A stretch of DNA of 32,279 nt from Prevotellaceae bacterium (GTDB taxonomy: Bacteria > Bacteroidota > Bacteroidia > Bacteroidales > UBA932), in contig JAITKG010000001.1 of assembly GCA_031278495.1 (NCBI GenBank), positions 1 through 32,279 on the forward strand. Direction: 5' to 3'. Positions 7,572-15,165 of the stretch are shown one piece after another. A program made the position numbers and the translations under genes. The first letter of the stretch is position 1, and each line of letters begins with the position of its first letter. Under the pieces are notes generated by a model. It did no database searches, was not told where the DNA came from, and saw only the letters and a list, made by a program, of their open reading frames with translations.

Positions 7572-9104
7572 TTAGCCGTGCGTCGTGAACCGTTTATTCT
7601 TCAGGTATTCGTTTATGCGTGCAATATCCTTGTGTTTCGTAGTGTCGCCCGTGAATGGCGGAAAGAAAGCGCGCACCTCGTTGTACACTTCTTTGGTGGC
7701 AGCCGAAAGCTGACGCTGTATTTTCAGGTAATCGACGGCTTGCACAATAGCCATGAAATGGATGCTCATCACCTGATAGGCATTTTCGATGACGGTTTTG
7801 GCAAGCAGCGCGGCATTGGCGCCCATGCTCACGATATCCTGGTTGTCGTTGTTGCACGGGATACTGTGTACATACATGGGGTTGGAGAGGGTTTGCGATT
7901 CGGCGGTGGTGGAGGTAGCCGTGAATTGCGCCGCCTGCAAGCCGTAATTAAGCCCCCTGACGCCCAGATTCCCGAACGGGGGCAGCAGGTTGTTGAGGCG
8001 TTCATGGAACAAATAATTCATTTGCCGTTCCGCCAGCATGGTTAATTTGGTTATGGCTATTTTCAGTTTGTCCATTTCAAACGACACATAGTCGCCATGA
8101 AAGTTCCCGCCGTGGAACACATTTCCAGCCTGCACGTCCACAATGGGGTTGTCGCTTGCCGAATTTATTTCGTTCATCAATACTTCTTCCACCTTTGCGA
8201 CGGCGTCAGCTACCGGACCTAAAACCTGCGGCACGCAACGGATGGAATAATACTCCTGCACTTTATCCTTAATGTAGGCGTCTTCTATTTTGTGGTCATA
8301 AAAGAAAGCTTCGCGCTTGCGGATACGCGCAGCGTCGTGCAAAACCGCCCGCAGTTGCGCCGCCACCTGTTGTTGCCCCCTGTGCTTCTTTGACACATTG
8401 AGTTCTTCCGAAAAATAATCGTCGAAAGCCGCCACAATCTCAAGCACCATCGCCGAAGCGATAACTGCCCAGTCGAGTATTTTTTTGGCGTAAAACAGGT
8501 TTATCATCCCGATGCCGGTCATGGCAGAGGTGCCGTTCAACAACGCCAAGCCTTCACGCACGTGCATTTTGACGGGTTGCAGGCGCAGTTCATCGAACAC
8601 CTGCTGGGTCGGCACGATGTCTCCTTTGTAGCGCACCTCGCCTTCGCCGATAAGGCACAGCGCAATGTGCGCCAATTGCACCAGATCGCCGCTGGCGCCC
8701 ACGCTGCCGTGTTCAAAGATTAACGGGTAAATATCGCGGTTGATAAACTCCGCCAGCAACGCCACCACCGACGGGTGAATACCCGAATATCCCCGCAGGA
8801 AAGTGCCTGCCCGCGCCAGCATAATAGCTTTGACGTACGGGTCGGGAACCAGTGCGCCTGCGCCCGTGCAGTGGCTCCGGATGATATTATATTGTAAATC
8901 GTTCAGGCTTTTGTCGTCAATCCGGTATTGCGCCATAGGTCCAAAGCCGGTGTTGATGCCATAAATCAATTTTTCTTTTGAAAAACGGTTTAAAAATTCA
9001 AATCCTTGCGCCACGCTGGCTAAGGTGGCTGCCGAAAGTTCTAATTTCTTTCCACGAAAAAGAATGTCATAAACATTGTCTGCGGTAAGTTCTAAATGTA
9101 TCAT
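7572..9104 (-). CDS. MIO-dependent ammonia-lyase of the HAL/PAL/TAL family (histidine or aromatic amino acid ammonia-lyase)
   Basis: 510 aa. YGINTGFGPMAQYRI. MIO-forming triad in GSVGASGDLVQLAH. NGTSAMTG, SIRCVPQVLGP, SDNP..GGNFHG and QDIVSMG. Residues at the presumed substrate-switch position read Ser-His (NIIRSHCTGAG), as in HAL. No hutU or hutI is present in the window. Confidence 0.85.
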   Translation of the reverse strand: MIHLELTADNVYDILFRGKKLELSAATLASVAQGFEFLNRFSKEKLIYGINTGFGPMAQYRIDDKSLNDLQYNIIRSHCTGAGALVPDPYVKAIMLARAGTFLRGYSGIHPSVVALLAEFINRDIYPLIFEHGSVGASGDLVQLAHIALCLIGEGEVRYKGDIVPTQQVFDELRLQPVKMHVREGLALLNGTSAMTGIGMINLFYAKKILDWAVIASAMVLEIVAAFDDYFSEELNVSKKHRGQQQVAAQLRAVLHDAARIRKREAFFYDHKIEDAYIKDKVQEYYSIRCVPQVLGPVADAVAKVEEVLMNEINSASDNPIVDVQAGNVFHGGNFHGDYVSFEMDKLKIAITKLTMLAERQMNYLFHERLNNLLPPFGNLGVRGLNYGLQAAQFTATSTTAESQTLSNPMYVHSIPCNNDNQDIVSMGANAALLAKTVIENAYQVMSIHFMAIVQAVDYLKIQRQLSAATKEVYNEVRAFFPPFTGDTTKHKDIARINEYLKNKRFTTHG

Positions 9105-9105
9105 G

Positions 9106-9687
9106 CTATCTCCAATGCCACGTCCTTAAAATATTAAAAATGGAAGCCGCCCAATAGTTCCGCACGCCGAAACCTCCGGCGCGTCCTGTAATTTTCCGCG
9201 AATAAATAATTTCATGTGTCGCCTCGTCAAAAAAGACGACATGGTAAACGCCCGACCGCCGGGCTTTGCTCAACGTTTCTGCAATGAAAACCAAACCCAC
9301 CGTTGCATTGTTATCGGTGGAAAGCGGCGAAATAATTGCGCGGATATCGGCGTCCGAAATTTTTTCGCGCACGGTTCGCGCCGTCAACTGTTGGGCGTCG
9401 ATTTGCTCATTGTTGTTACCGGTTACGGAAAAATTGTAAGCCAATATTTCTTTACCCATGTATTTTTTGAAATTGTATTTGTTCACTTCCCGGTAAAGTA
9501 AATCGTTAATGGCAATAAGCCCGCCCTTAAACCGTTCAGGTATTTCCTCCACGTCGGGAGCTGTGGCCAGTGAAAAGTCAACGCCATAAAAATTTATTTC
9601 CCTTATTTTTTTAATATCGACGGATTGGGCGTCCGTTGGAGCTACCGGCGCCACCGTCATGGCAATCAGGAAAAGTATTTTTTTCAT
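9106..9687 (-). CDS. Secreted hypothetical protein (no family recognised), translationally adjacent to the ammonia-lyase
   Basis: Signal peptide MKKILFLIAMTVAPVAPTDAQ from the ATG at 9685-9687. The ORF track starts 9 codons earlier, at the ATG at 9714. The TAG stop at 9106-9108 is 1 nt from the lyase ATG at 9104. Confidence 0.6.
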   Translation of the reverse strand: MKKILFLIAMTVAPVAPTDAQSVDIKKIREINFYGVDFSLATAPDVEEIPERFKGGLIAINDLLYREVNKYNFKKYMGKEILAYNFSVTGNNNEQIDAQQLTARTVREKISDADIRAIISPLSTDNNATVGLVFIAETLSKARRSGVYHVVFFDEATHEIIYSRKITGRAGGFGVRNYWAASIFNILRTWHWR

Positions 9688-9758
9688 ATTATAAAATGTT
9701 AATGTATGTATCATGTACGGGCGTGTTTATATCCCTGCATCTTCTGGTTGTAGGGGGA

Positions 9759-9766
9759 CAAAGGTA
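9759..9766 (-). promoter_or_regulatory. Candidate -7 box TACCTTTG for the secreted-protein/ammonia-lyase operon
   Basis: Exact TAnnTTTG on the minus strand, 45-72 nt upstream of the two candidate ATGs. Confidence 0.35.
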
Positions 9767-9836
9767 CAAAATTTTTGCCGGCGCGCCACTATGAAACATT
9801 AAATCTTGAAATATCCGCATCCTGTTATTTGGAATT

Positions 9837-11054
9837 TTACCGTAAGGTAAGGTATGCCGACTGCAATAATTCCGCTGTGGCGGCGTTGATTTTCTTCAAT
9901 TCTTTCAAATCAATGCCGGCGTCCCGCCATTTTTCCATACTGTTATAATAATGGTCAAAAACGGCGGCTTCTACCTGCGCCACCTGCTGCATGATGCCGT
10001 CGCCCGACGGGTTGTAGAGGGCGGGAAAGTAAAGGTATTTTTTTTCATTGGCGCGCGTCAGCGGAAATACCTTGCTTTTGAGTGCAAGCGCATGGTCGCA
10101 CAATAGCGCATGGTTGGGAAGTTCGCTTTTGCACAGCATTTCCAGTTGCTGCCCGCCCGCTTTTACCCACATCGGTACGGCGACGCCCACCGGCGGATAA
10201 CCCAAAATCGTCCACACGGTAGTCATCTCGGGGTTTTCGCCCGGCTTCACGCCCTGTATAACCAGTGACGCCGACGATGATTTGCGCGGGATAAAATCAT
10301 GGTCATATACCCAGCCCCGCGCTTCCGGCGACGCAATGCCGCCGTCCAGCAGGTCGATGCCCATCAGCGAGTGGCGGAAAGAACGGGACAAATGACGGAA
10401 AATCCACTGCGGCGTAATGTTCCGGAGGGGCGCTTGTGGCAGGATAATCTCCATCGCCGTATGGTAGCGGATATATCCCATGCCCTCGCCAAACCGACCG
10501 GTATAGGAAAAATTGGTGTACACCAAAAAACCGTTGGGTGCAATTTTCGGGTCGTTCACATCCACTTTCACCCATTGCGTATTGTTGACTTCATAATAGG
10601 CGGCGCCGCCCTGCGCATCAATCACGCCGAAGTTCGCCTCTACCCGCATCGGGCGCGGGTAGCGGTCGAGGAATGCCTCGAACTCTGCCAGCGTGCTGCA
10701 TTCCGACAAGGCTTTATACATCAGTTCGCCTTCCCTGTCCATTTCCTCTATGTCGTCGTCTTTGAGGTTGTACGAGGCGGTGTTCATAATGGAAAACCCC
10801 GTGCTGTTGCTGCCTGTCCATGCCGTGCGACCGGTATCCGAGCTGTTCAGCAGGGCGAGGAATGCGTATTTCCCGGTATGGAAAAAGGCCATCCGGTTAT
10901 TCATATCGTCGGTGTCGCGGTGTTTCCAGAGGAGCGGCCGCCCGTCGGCGGTTACTTTTCCCGTAAAAATAGCCGAAGTACACCCGTAGCCGGCGCCCGC
11001 CGGACTTAACCATGTGCCGGCAATAAGTAAGGTAATGATAAATGCTGGTCTCAT
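9837..11054 (-). CDS. Secreted N-terminal-nucleophile (Cys) hydrolase, peptidase C45/C69/choloylglycine-hydrolase-like
   Basis: 405 aa. Signal peptide MRPAFIITLLIAGTWLSPAGAG, followed by GCTSAIFTGKVTADGRPLLWKHRDTDD. That is the Cys-Thr-Ser ... DG ... D pattern typical of Cys-Ntn amidohydrolases, where the Cys becomes the new N-terminus. Confidence 0.55.
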   Translation of the reverse strand: MRPAFIITLLIAGTWLSPAGAGYGCTSAIFTGKVTADGRPLLWKHRDTDDMNNRMAFFHTGKYAFLALLNSSDTGRTAWTGSNSTGFSIMNTASYNLKDDDIEEMDREGELMYKALSECSTLAEFEAFLDRYPRPMRVEANFGVIDAQGGAAYYEVNNTQWVKVDVNDPKIAPNGFLVYTNFSYTGRFGEGMGYIRYHTAMEIILPQAPLRNITPQWIFRHLSRSFRHSLMGIDLLDGGIASPEARGWVYDHDFIPRKSSSASLVIQGVKPGENPEMTTVWTILGYPPVGVAVPMWVKAGGQQLEMLCKSELPNHALLCDHALALKSKVFPLTRANEKKYLYFPALYNPSGDGIMQQVAQVEAAVFDHYYNSMEKWRDAGIDLKELKKINAATAELLQSAYLTLR

Positions 11055-11130
11055 TTGTAACAGTGAATAAATTATGCATAAAGGTATAACTTTTTTTTGA
11101 ATTAGGGCAATGGAATCCTGTTTTCCTGCG

Positions 11131-11163
11131 TTAAATCTTTAAATCCTGAAATCTTTAAATCCC
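11131..11163 (+). repeat. 16-nt direct repeat x2 (TTAAATCTTTAAATCC / TGAAATCTTTAAATCC)
   Basis: Read directly; one mismatch between copies. Ends 13 nt upstream of the proC -7 box. Confidence 0.8.
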
Positions 11164-11175
11164 GTTAAAAAATAC

Positions 11176-11183
11176 TATCTTTG
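11176..11183 (+). promoter_or_regulatory. Candidate -7 box TATCTTTG for proC
   Basis: Exact TAnnTTTG, with 22 nt between the box and the ATG at 11206. The identical octamer precedes blaI. Confidence 0.45.
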
Positions 11184-11205
11184 CGCAATCATTAAATTAA
11201 GCGCT

Positions 11206-11997
11206 ATGAAAATTACTATTATCGGCGTTGGCAACATCGGCGGCGCCATCCTCGAAGGCACGGTCAGGAAAGGGATTGTAGAACCCGCAAACATTACGGC
11301 GTCCGACCCCCATCCGGATTTTGCGGAAAAATTTATCCGCAAAAACATTATTGCCGGCTATACTGCCGATAATGTCCGCGCCATACAGGGCGCCGATTTG
11401 GTCATCGTAGCCGTAAAACCCTGGTTGGTGGAAAAGGTAATGGGCGAAATTGCCGGCGCGCTTGACCGTGCAAAGCAAGCCGTAGTGTCCATTGCCGCAG
11501 GCGTTACGTTCGACCGGCTTGAGCAGTACCTTTCGGTTGCCGGCTCAGGCGCGGTGGAGCTGTACCGCGTTATCCCCAACACCGCTATTTCCTTAGGACG
11601 GAGCGTATCGTTCATTACGCGGCGCAATACTTCTGCGGCGCACGACGAACAGGTACGCACGCTTTTCGCCGCTCTGGGCGAAATCGTTGACGTAGATGAA
11701 AGCGAGATGACGGCTTGCACCGCCCTTTCTTCGGCGGGCATCGCCTATGCCTTGCGCTACCTCAACGCCGCCATGCAGGGCGGAAAAGCATTGGGCTTGG
11801 ACGGGCAGAAATCATTGCGCATTGTGATGAAAACTATGGACGGCGCGCTGGCGTTGCTCGAAGCCAACGGCAACTGCCCGCAAGCGGAAATCGACAAGGT
11901 AACCACTCCCGGCGGCGTAACCTTGAAAGGACTCGACGCTATGGAAAACGGCGGGTTTACCCGCGCCGTCATCAACGGGCTGCTGGCGACAAAATAG
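11206..11997 (+). CDS. proC: Pyrroline-5-carboxylate reductase
   Basis: 263 aa. MKITIIGVGNIGGAI NAD(P)-binding N-terminus and C-terminal TTPGGVTLKGL motif. TAG at 11995-11997. Confidence 0.9.
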   Translation: MKITIIGVGNIGGAILEGTVRKGIVEPANITASDPHPDFAEKFIRKNIIAGYTADNVRAIQGADLVIVAVKPWLVEKVMGEIAGALDRAKQAVVSIAAGVTFDRLEQYLSVAGSGAVELYRVIPNTAISLGRSVSFITRRNTSAAHDEQVRTLFAALGEIVDVDESEMTACTALSSAGIAYALRYLNAAMQGGKALGLDGQKSLRIVMKTMDGALALLEANGNCPQAEIDKVTTPGGVTLKGLDAMENGGFTRAVINGLLATK

Positions 11998-12052
11998 CCG
12001 GATTCCTTGAAAACAGGAACTCTTTGCCAATTTTTGGCTTAATGGTCAAATA

Positions 12053-12472
12053 TTATTTGAAAAAAGTTTCTTTTTCAACTTTCGAATACAATTTTGAGGA
12101 TCTTAAATTTTCCAAAAGTAATTCCAAATCTTCGGTCAACAATGTTCCTTTGAATTGCGCTGCGCCGCATTCTATTTGTTGCGCAAGTTTTATTTTAGGA
12201 ATTTGCGATAACGCATGACAAGCAATAAAAGAATCATACGATAAAATATCAGGATAGTTTGAATGCTTTATCGGCATTTGCATATCCATGAAATCCGGTC
12301 GCGATTTTACATAGTTATTTATATTCGAATTGATAAAAAAGAACCCTACAAACCCCTGTTCATTTTCGCCTATTATTACAAAAAATTTACCATGATCAAT
12401 ATGATCAAATTCTTCGGCATGCAATAGGACGCCTCGCCTAATTAACGCCTTTGACAATATTGCCGGATTCAT
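12053..12472 (-). CDS. Hypothetical 139-aa protein, candidate toxin/effector partner of the Panacea-like gene
   Basis: ATG at 12470-12472 overlaps the upstream TAA (minus sense TAATG). The ORF-track start at 12508 is a TTG. No family recognised. The pattern G-hhh..(acidic)..HGKFFVIIGE ... FFFINS ... SFIACHALSQIPKIKL ... KGTLLTEDLELLLENL is loosely reminiscent of the MazF/PemK fold. Confidence 0.6.
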   Translation of the reverse strand: MNPAILSKALIRRGVLLHAEEFDHIDHGKFFVIIGENEQGFVGFFFINSNINNYVKSRPDFMDMQMPIKHSNYPDILSYDSFIACHALSQIPKIKLAQQIECGAAQFKGTLLTEDLELLLENLRSSKLYSKVEKETFFK

Positions 12473-13017
12473 TATTGGGAAACGGTTGGTTGTAGCGGGG
12501 TTATCCAATTAAGATAGGAAATATAATCTTCTTTTTCGCCGGCTTCCCGCAACATATTTTCCATAGAAATAGGCGCATCGTCGGACGCCAAAGACCATGC
12601 AATGTCATGTGATTTTTGCCGTATTTCATCCCATGACAGCGTGCCATATTGCGCAATAGCGCTGTCCAACGCTTCAATATCCGATGCCGAAAGAAAATCT
12701 AAATCCGGCGCTTGTTTTGGTTGGATAAAATACCAATCGTGCACATCAAACAATTGAGCATAACGGGTAGCATCCTCTGTAAAAAAACTATCGCCACGTA
12801 CTGCTTTGAAAATATCATAAATTTTAGATGGTACAGGTCCGTCAGCCATTTTAATATACATATCGCCGGTTATAGACCTTCCATATTTTGCCAAGTGGTT
12901 ACGGTCGGCAAAGTAAATAATCTTAAATATTTTATGAAAATCTTTCCGCAATAAACCCTGCGCTACATAAAGGATAACTTGTAGCGATTTATCAAGATTA
13001 AAAATAGAAGTTGGCAT
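12472..13017 (-). CDS. Panacea (DUF4065, SocA/GepA-like) domain protein, candidate antitoxin
   Basis: 181 aa. KSLQVILYVAQGL..FHKIFKIIYFADRNHLAKYGRSITGDMYIKMADGPVPSKIYD matches the DUF4065 hallmark: a conserved K-h-h-Y-F-A segment, then an aromatic, then GPV and Y. ATG at 13015-13017. Confidence 0.65.
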   Translation of the reverse strand: MPTSIFNLDKSLQVILYVAQGLLRKDFHKIFKIIYFADRNHLAKYGRSITGDMYIKMADGPVPSKIYDIFKAVRGDSFFTEDATRYAQLFDVHDWYFIQPKQAPDLDFLSASDIEALDSAIAQYGTLSWDEIRQKSHDIAWSLASDDAPISMENMLREAGEKEDYISYLNWITPLQPTVSQ

Positions 13018-13054
13018 AATTAACTTTGTTTATGGTAAAACATCATTAACACTG

Positions 13055-13062
13055 CAAATATA
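13055..13062 (-). promoter_or_regulatory. Candidate -7 box TATATTTG for the two-gene islet
   Basis: Exact TAnnTTTG on the minus strand, with 37 nt between the box and the ATG at 13017. Confidence 0.4.
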
Positions 13063-13087
13063 TTACAATATTTTATATCTACAAAAT

Positions 13088-15073
13088 TTATTCTACTACA
13101 TAATCATTGCGGATGACTTGTAATTCGGTGCGGCGGTTGAATGCGTGGCAAATTTCCTGTTGTTCTTCGTTGGGTAGCGCGGTAATAAATTTCTCGGTCA
13201 GTTTTTGTCCCGCTTGCAGGAAAGAGTATTGCTTCGCCATGCCAGCCGTTACCGTTTTGGGTTCCGATTCGCCCAAGCCGACGGCTACGAGGCGCGGTTC
13301 ATCAATGCCGTTTTTTATCAGGTAATCGACTACCGCCTGCGCGCGCCGTTGCGCCAGTTCATAGTTTGTTTCGTCGCTGCCGCGATTATCGGTATGGGCG
13401 CGCAATTCAACCATAATTGACGGGTTGTCTTTCATCAGTTCTACCAATGAATCGAGCGCCGTGCGCGAAGCATCGGAAAGGGTTGCTTGCCCGAAGTCGA
13501 AAAAGATATTGGGAATTTCTATTGGTTTGGCGGTGGATGTAAGGGCAAAGGTATCGCGGTGAATGTGCCCGTTATCCCAACCGGCGCTGGAAAAACGCAG
13601 TTTGGCATTCAGGTAGCCGTTGCGCGAAGCCAATACTAAATAATTCAATCCGGCATTCACCCGGAAATAGAATGCGCCACTGGCTTCGGTGCGTTTGCGC
13701 AACACTGCGCCGTTACTGCCAACCAGGCGTATTTCGGCATTTTCCAGCACATGACCTGTGGCGGCGTCTTTCACAATTCCTTCAAAATGGTATTCGACAG
13801 GTTTTATATCCAGTGCCAGCCGGTAGATGTCGTCGCCGCCTTTTGCGTTTTTATCCCTGCGGCGCGAGGCAAAATAACCGTGCTCATTTTCGCGTTCGAG
13901 GATAAGGGAAAAATCATCGGCGGGAGAATTGACGGGACGTCCCATGTTTTCTATATTCCAGCCGCCCAAGCTGTCGGGCGTGGCTTTGAAAATATCCAGC
14001 CCGCCGAATCCGGGATGCCCGTCGGAAGCGAAGTAAAGGCTGTTGCCGCGGGCAAAAGGATACATCTCATTGCCGGCGGTATTGATTTGCGCGCCTATGT
14101 TCACCGCTTCCCCCCAGTCGTCGCCTGCGCCGCTGCGCGTTACTTTCCAGACGTCCATTTTCCCCATGCCGCCATCCATGTCCGATACAAAATAAAGCGT
14201 CAAGTCGTCGTCGGAGAGCGTCGGGTGCGCCGCAGTGACGCTATCCGGCATGAGTTTCAAATCTTGCAGTTCGCCCCATTCGTTATCATTGCGTTCAATC
14301 GCGAAAATTTTGCAACCTGTTTTTTCGCGTTTTACCTTTTGGCAACGCGTGAAATATAAAACAGTATAGCTATGGTTAAAAGCCGCTGCGCCGTCTTCGT
14401 ACTTGGTATTTATTTCTTCGCCCATGTTTTGCGGTTTTGTCCATTTGCCGTTGCGCGGAAGGCGGGAAAAAAATATATCGGTGGAAATTTCACCGGTAAC
14501 GTCATAGATTTTTTTGCTGCTGTTATCATCCTTGCGGGTAGAGGTAAAAAGCAGCGTTTCGTAGTCGTCGGCGCCATAAGCCGGCGCAAAATCATTGGCG
14601 CGCGTATTTAATGCCGTTGCCAATTCTACTTTATAGGCGTTTTCGCTGCCGCCGGAATTCTTCGCCAGTTCCAGCGAAGCCAGTGCGGTAGCGGCTTGCG
14701 GGTCATTCGGACGTTGTTCCCGGTAGTGGATGAACTGTTCTTCGGCTTTGCCATATTGCTCGTTAGCCAACAATACTTTCCCGTAATACAAATGGATTTC
14801 GGGGTTCTCGGGCGTTTTATGTTGGCGCAACAGTCCGGCATAAGCTGTTTCTGCGCTGCGCCAATTGCCCAGCCGCCGGTAGCATTCGGCATAATTGAAA
14901 TAAGGTTGTTCGGCTTGCGCTTTTGGTATTTTCCGGATGATTTTCTTATATTGCCCGGCAGCGGCGGCATATCCGCCCTCTTCAAAAAGGCGGTTGGCTT
15001 TTTCTAATTTACTTGCCGTGCTGCATGCCGTCAACAGCAACGCACAAAGAAGATATGAAGCAAATCGTTTCAA
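13088..15073 (-). CDS. TPR / PD40 (TolB-like beta-propeller) / CarboxypepD_reg / OmpA-C-terminal domain outer-membrane lipoprotein
   Basis: OmpA-like C-terminus: IFFDFGQATL...LRAHTDNRGSDETNYELAQRRAQAVVDYL. PD40-like repeats: LYFVSDMDGG..DVWKV and LYFASDGHPGFGGLDIFKA. TPR region near the N-terminus. Preferred start is the TTG at 15073, giving MKRFASYLLCALLLTAC-S (lipobox). The ORF-track start at 15205 (TTG) and the ATG at 15169 both overlap radC and leave the lipobox 50 or more residues in. Confidence 0.8.
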   Translation of the reverse strand: MKRFASYLLCALLLTACSTASKLEKANRLFEEGGYAAAAGQYKKIIRKIPKAQAEQPYFNYAECYRRLGNWRSAETAYAGLLRQHKTPENPEIHLYYGKVLLANEQYGKAEEQFIHYREQRPNDPQAATALASLELAKNSGGSENAYKVELATALNTRANDFAPAYGADDYETLLFTSTRKDDNSSKKIYDVTGEISTDIFFSRLPRNGKWTKPQNMGEEINTKYEDGAAAFNHSYTVLYFTRCQKVKREKTGCKIFAIERNDNEWGELQDLKLMPDSVTAAHPTLSDDDLTLYFVSDMDGGMGKMDVWKVTRSGAGDDWGEAVNIGAQINTAGNEMYPFARGNSLYFASDGHPGFGGLDIFKATPDSLGGWNIENMGRPVNSPADDFSLILERENEHGYFASRRRDKNAKGGDDIYRLALDIKPVEYHFEGIVKDAATGHVLENAEIRLVGSNGAVLRKRTEASGAFYFRVNAGLNYLVLASRNGYLNAKLRFSSAGWDNGHIHRDTFALTSTAKPIEIPNIFFDFGQATLSDASRTALDSLVELMKDNPSIMVELRAHTDNRGSDETNYELAQRRAQAVVDYLIKNGIDEPRLVAVGLGESEPKTVTAGMAKQYSFLQAGQKLTEKFITALPNEEQQEICHAFNRRTELQVIRNDYVVE

Positions 15074-15089
15074 CAGGAATTTTTTTCTA

Positions 15090-15097
15090 CAAATATA
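15090..15097 (-). promoter_or_regulatory. Candidate -7 box TATATTTG for the OmpA-family gene
   Basis: Exact TAnnTTTG on the minus strand, with 16 nt between the box and the proposed TTG start. It lies inside the ORF-track N-terminal extension. Confidence 0.4.
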
Positions 15098-15140
15098 CAA
15101 AATAAATGTGTGTTTGGCGTGAAGATGTGGCGTTCGTCCA

Positions 15141-15165
15141 TTCTTAATGCTTAATTTCTGATTCC
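15141..15165 (-). repeat. Degenerate heptamer repeat (TTCTTAA-TGCTTAA-TTTCTGA-TTCC on +) over the radC 3' end
   Basis: Read directly. Same word family as 5098-5128. Encodes the radC C-terminal residues ESEIKH-stop. Confidence 0.6.

Noticed and set aside
10299-11009. 236-aa plus-strand ORF
   Set aside because: Antisense to the Ntn-hydrolase gene, with Arg/His-rich low-information sequence. Judged spurious.
12030-12046. Terminator between proC and the islet (GCCAA-TTT-TTGGC)
   Set aside because: A 5-bp stem with a 3-nt loop is too weak to call.
12473-12508. TTG-initiated 12-codon extension of the 139-aa islet gene
   Set aside because: The start at 12508 is a TTG inside the upstream gene. The ATG at 12472 forms a classical TAATG coupling junction.
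13751-14359. 202-aa plus-strand ORF
   Set aside because: Antisense inside the OmpA-family gene. Judged spurious.
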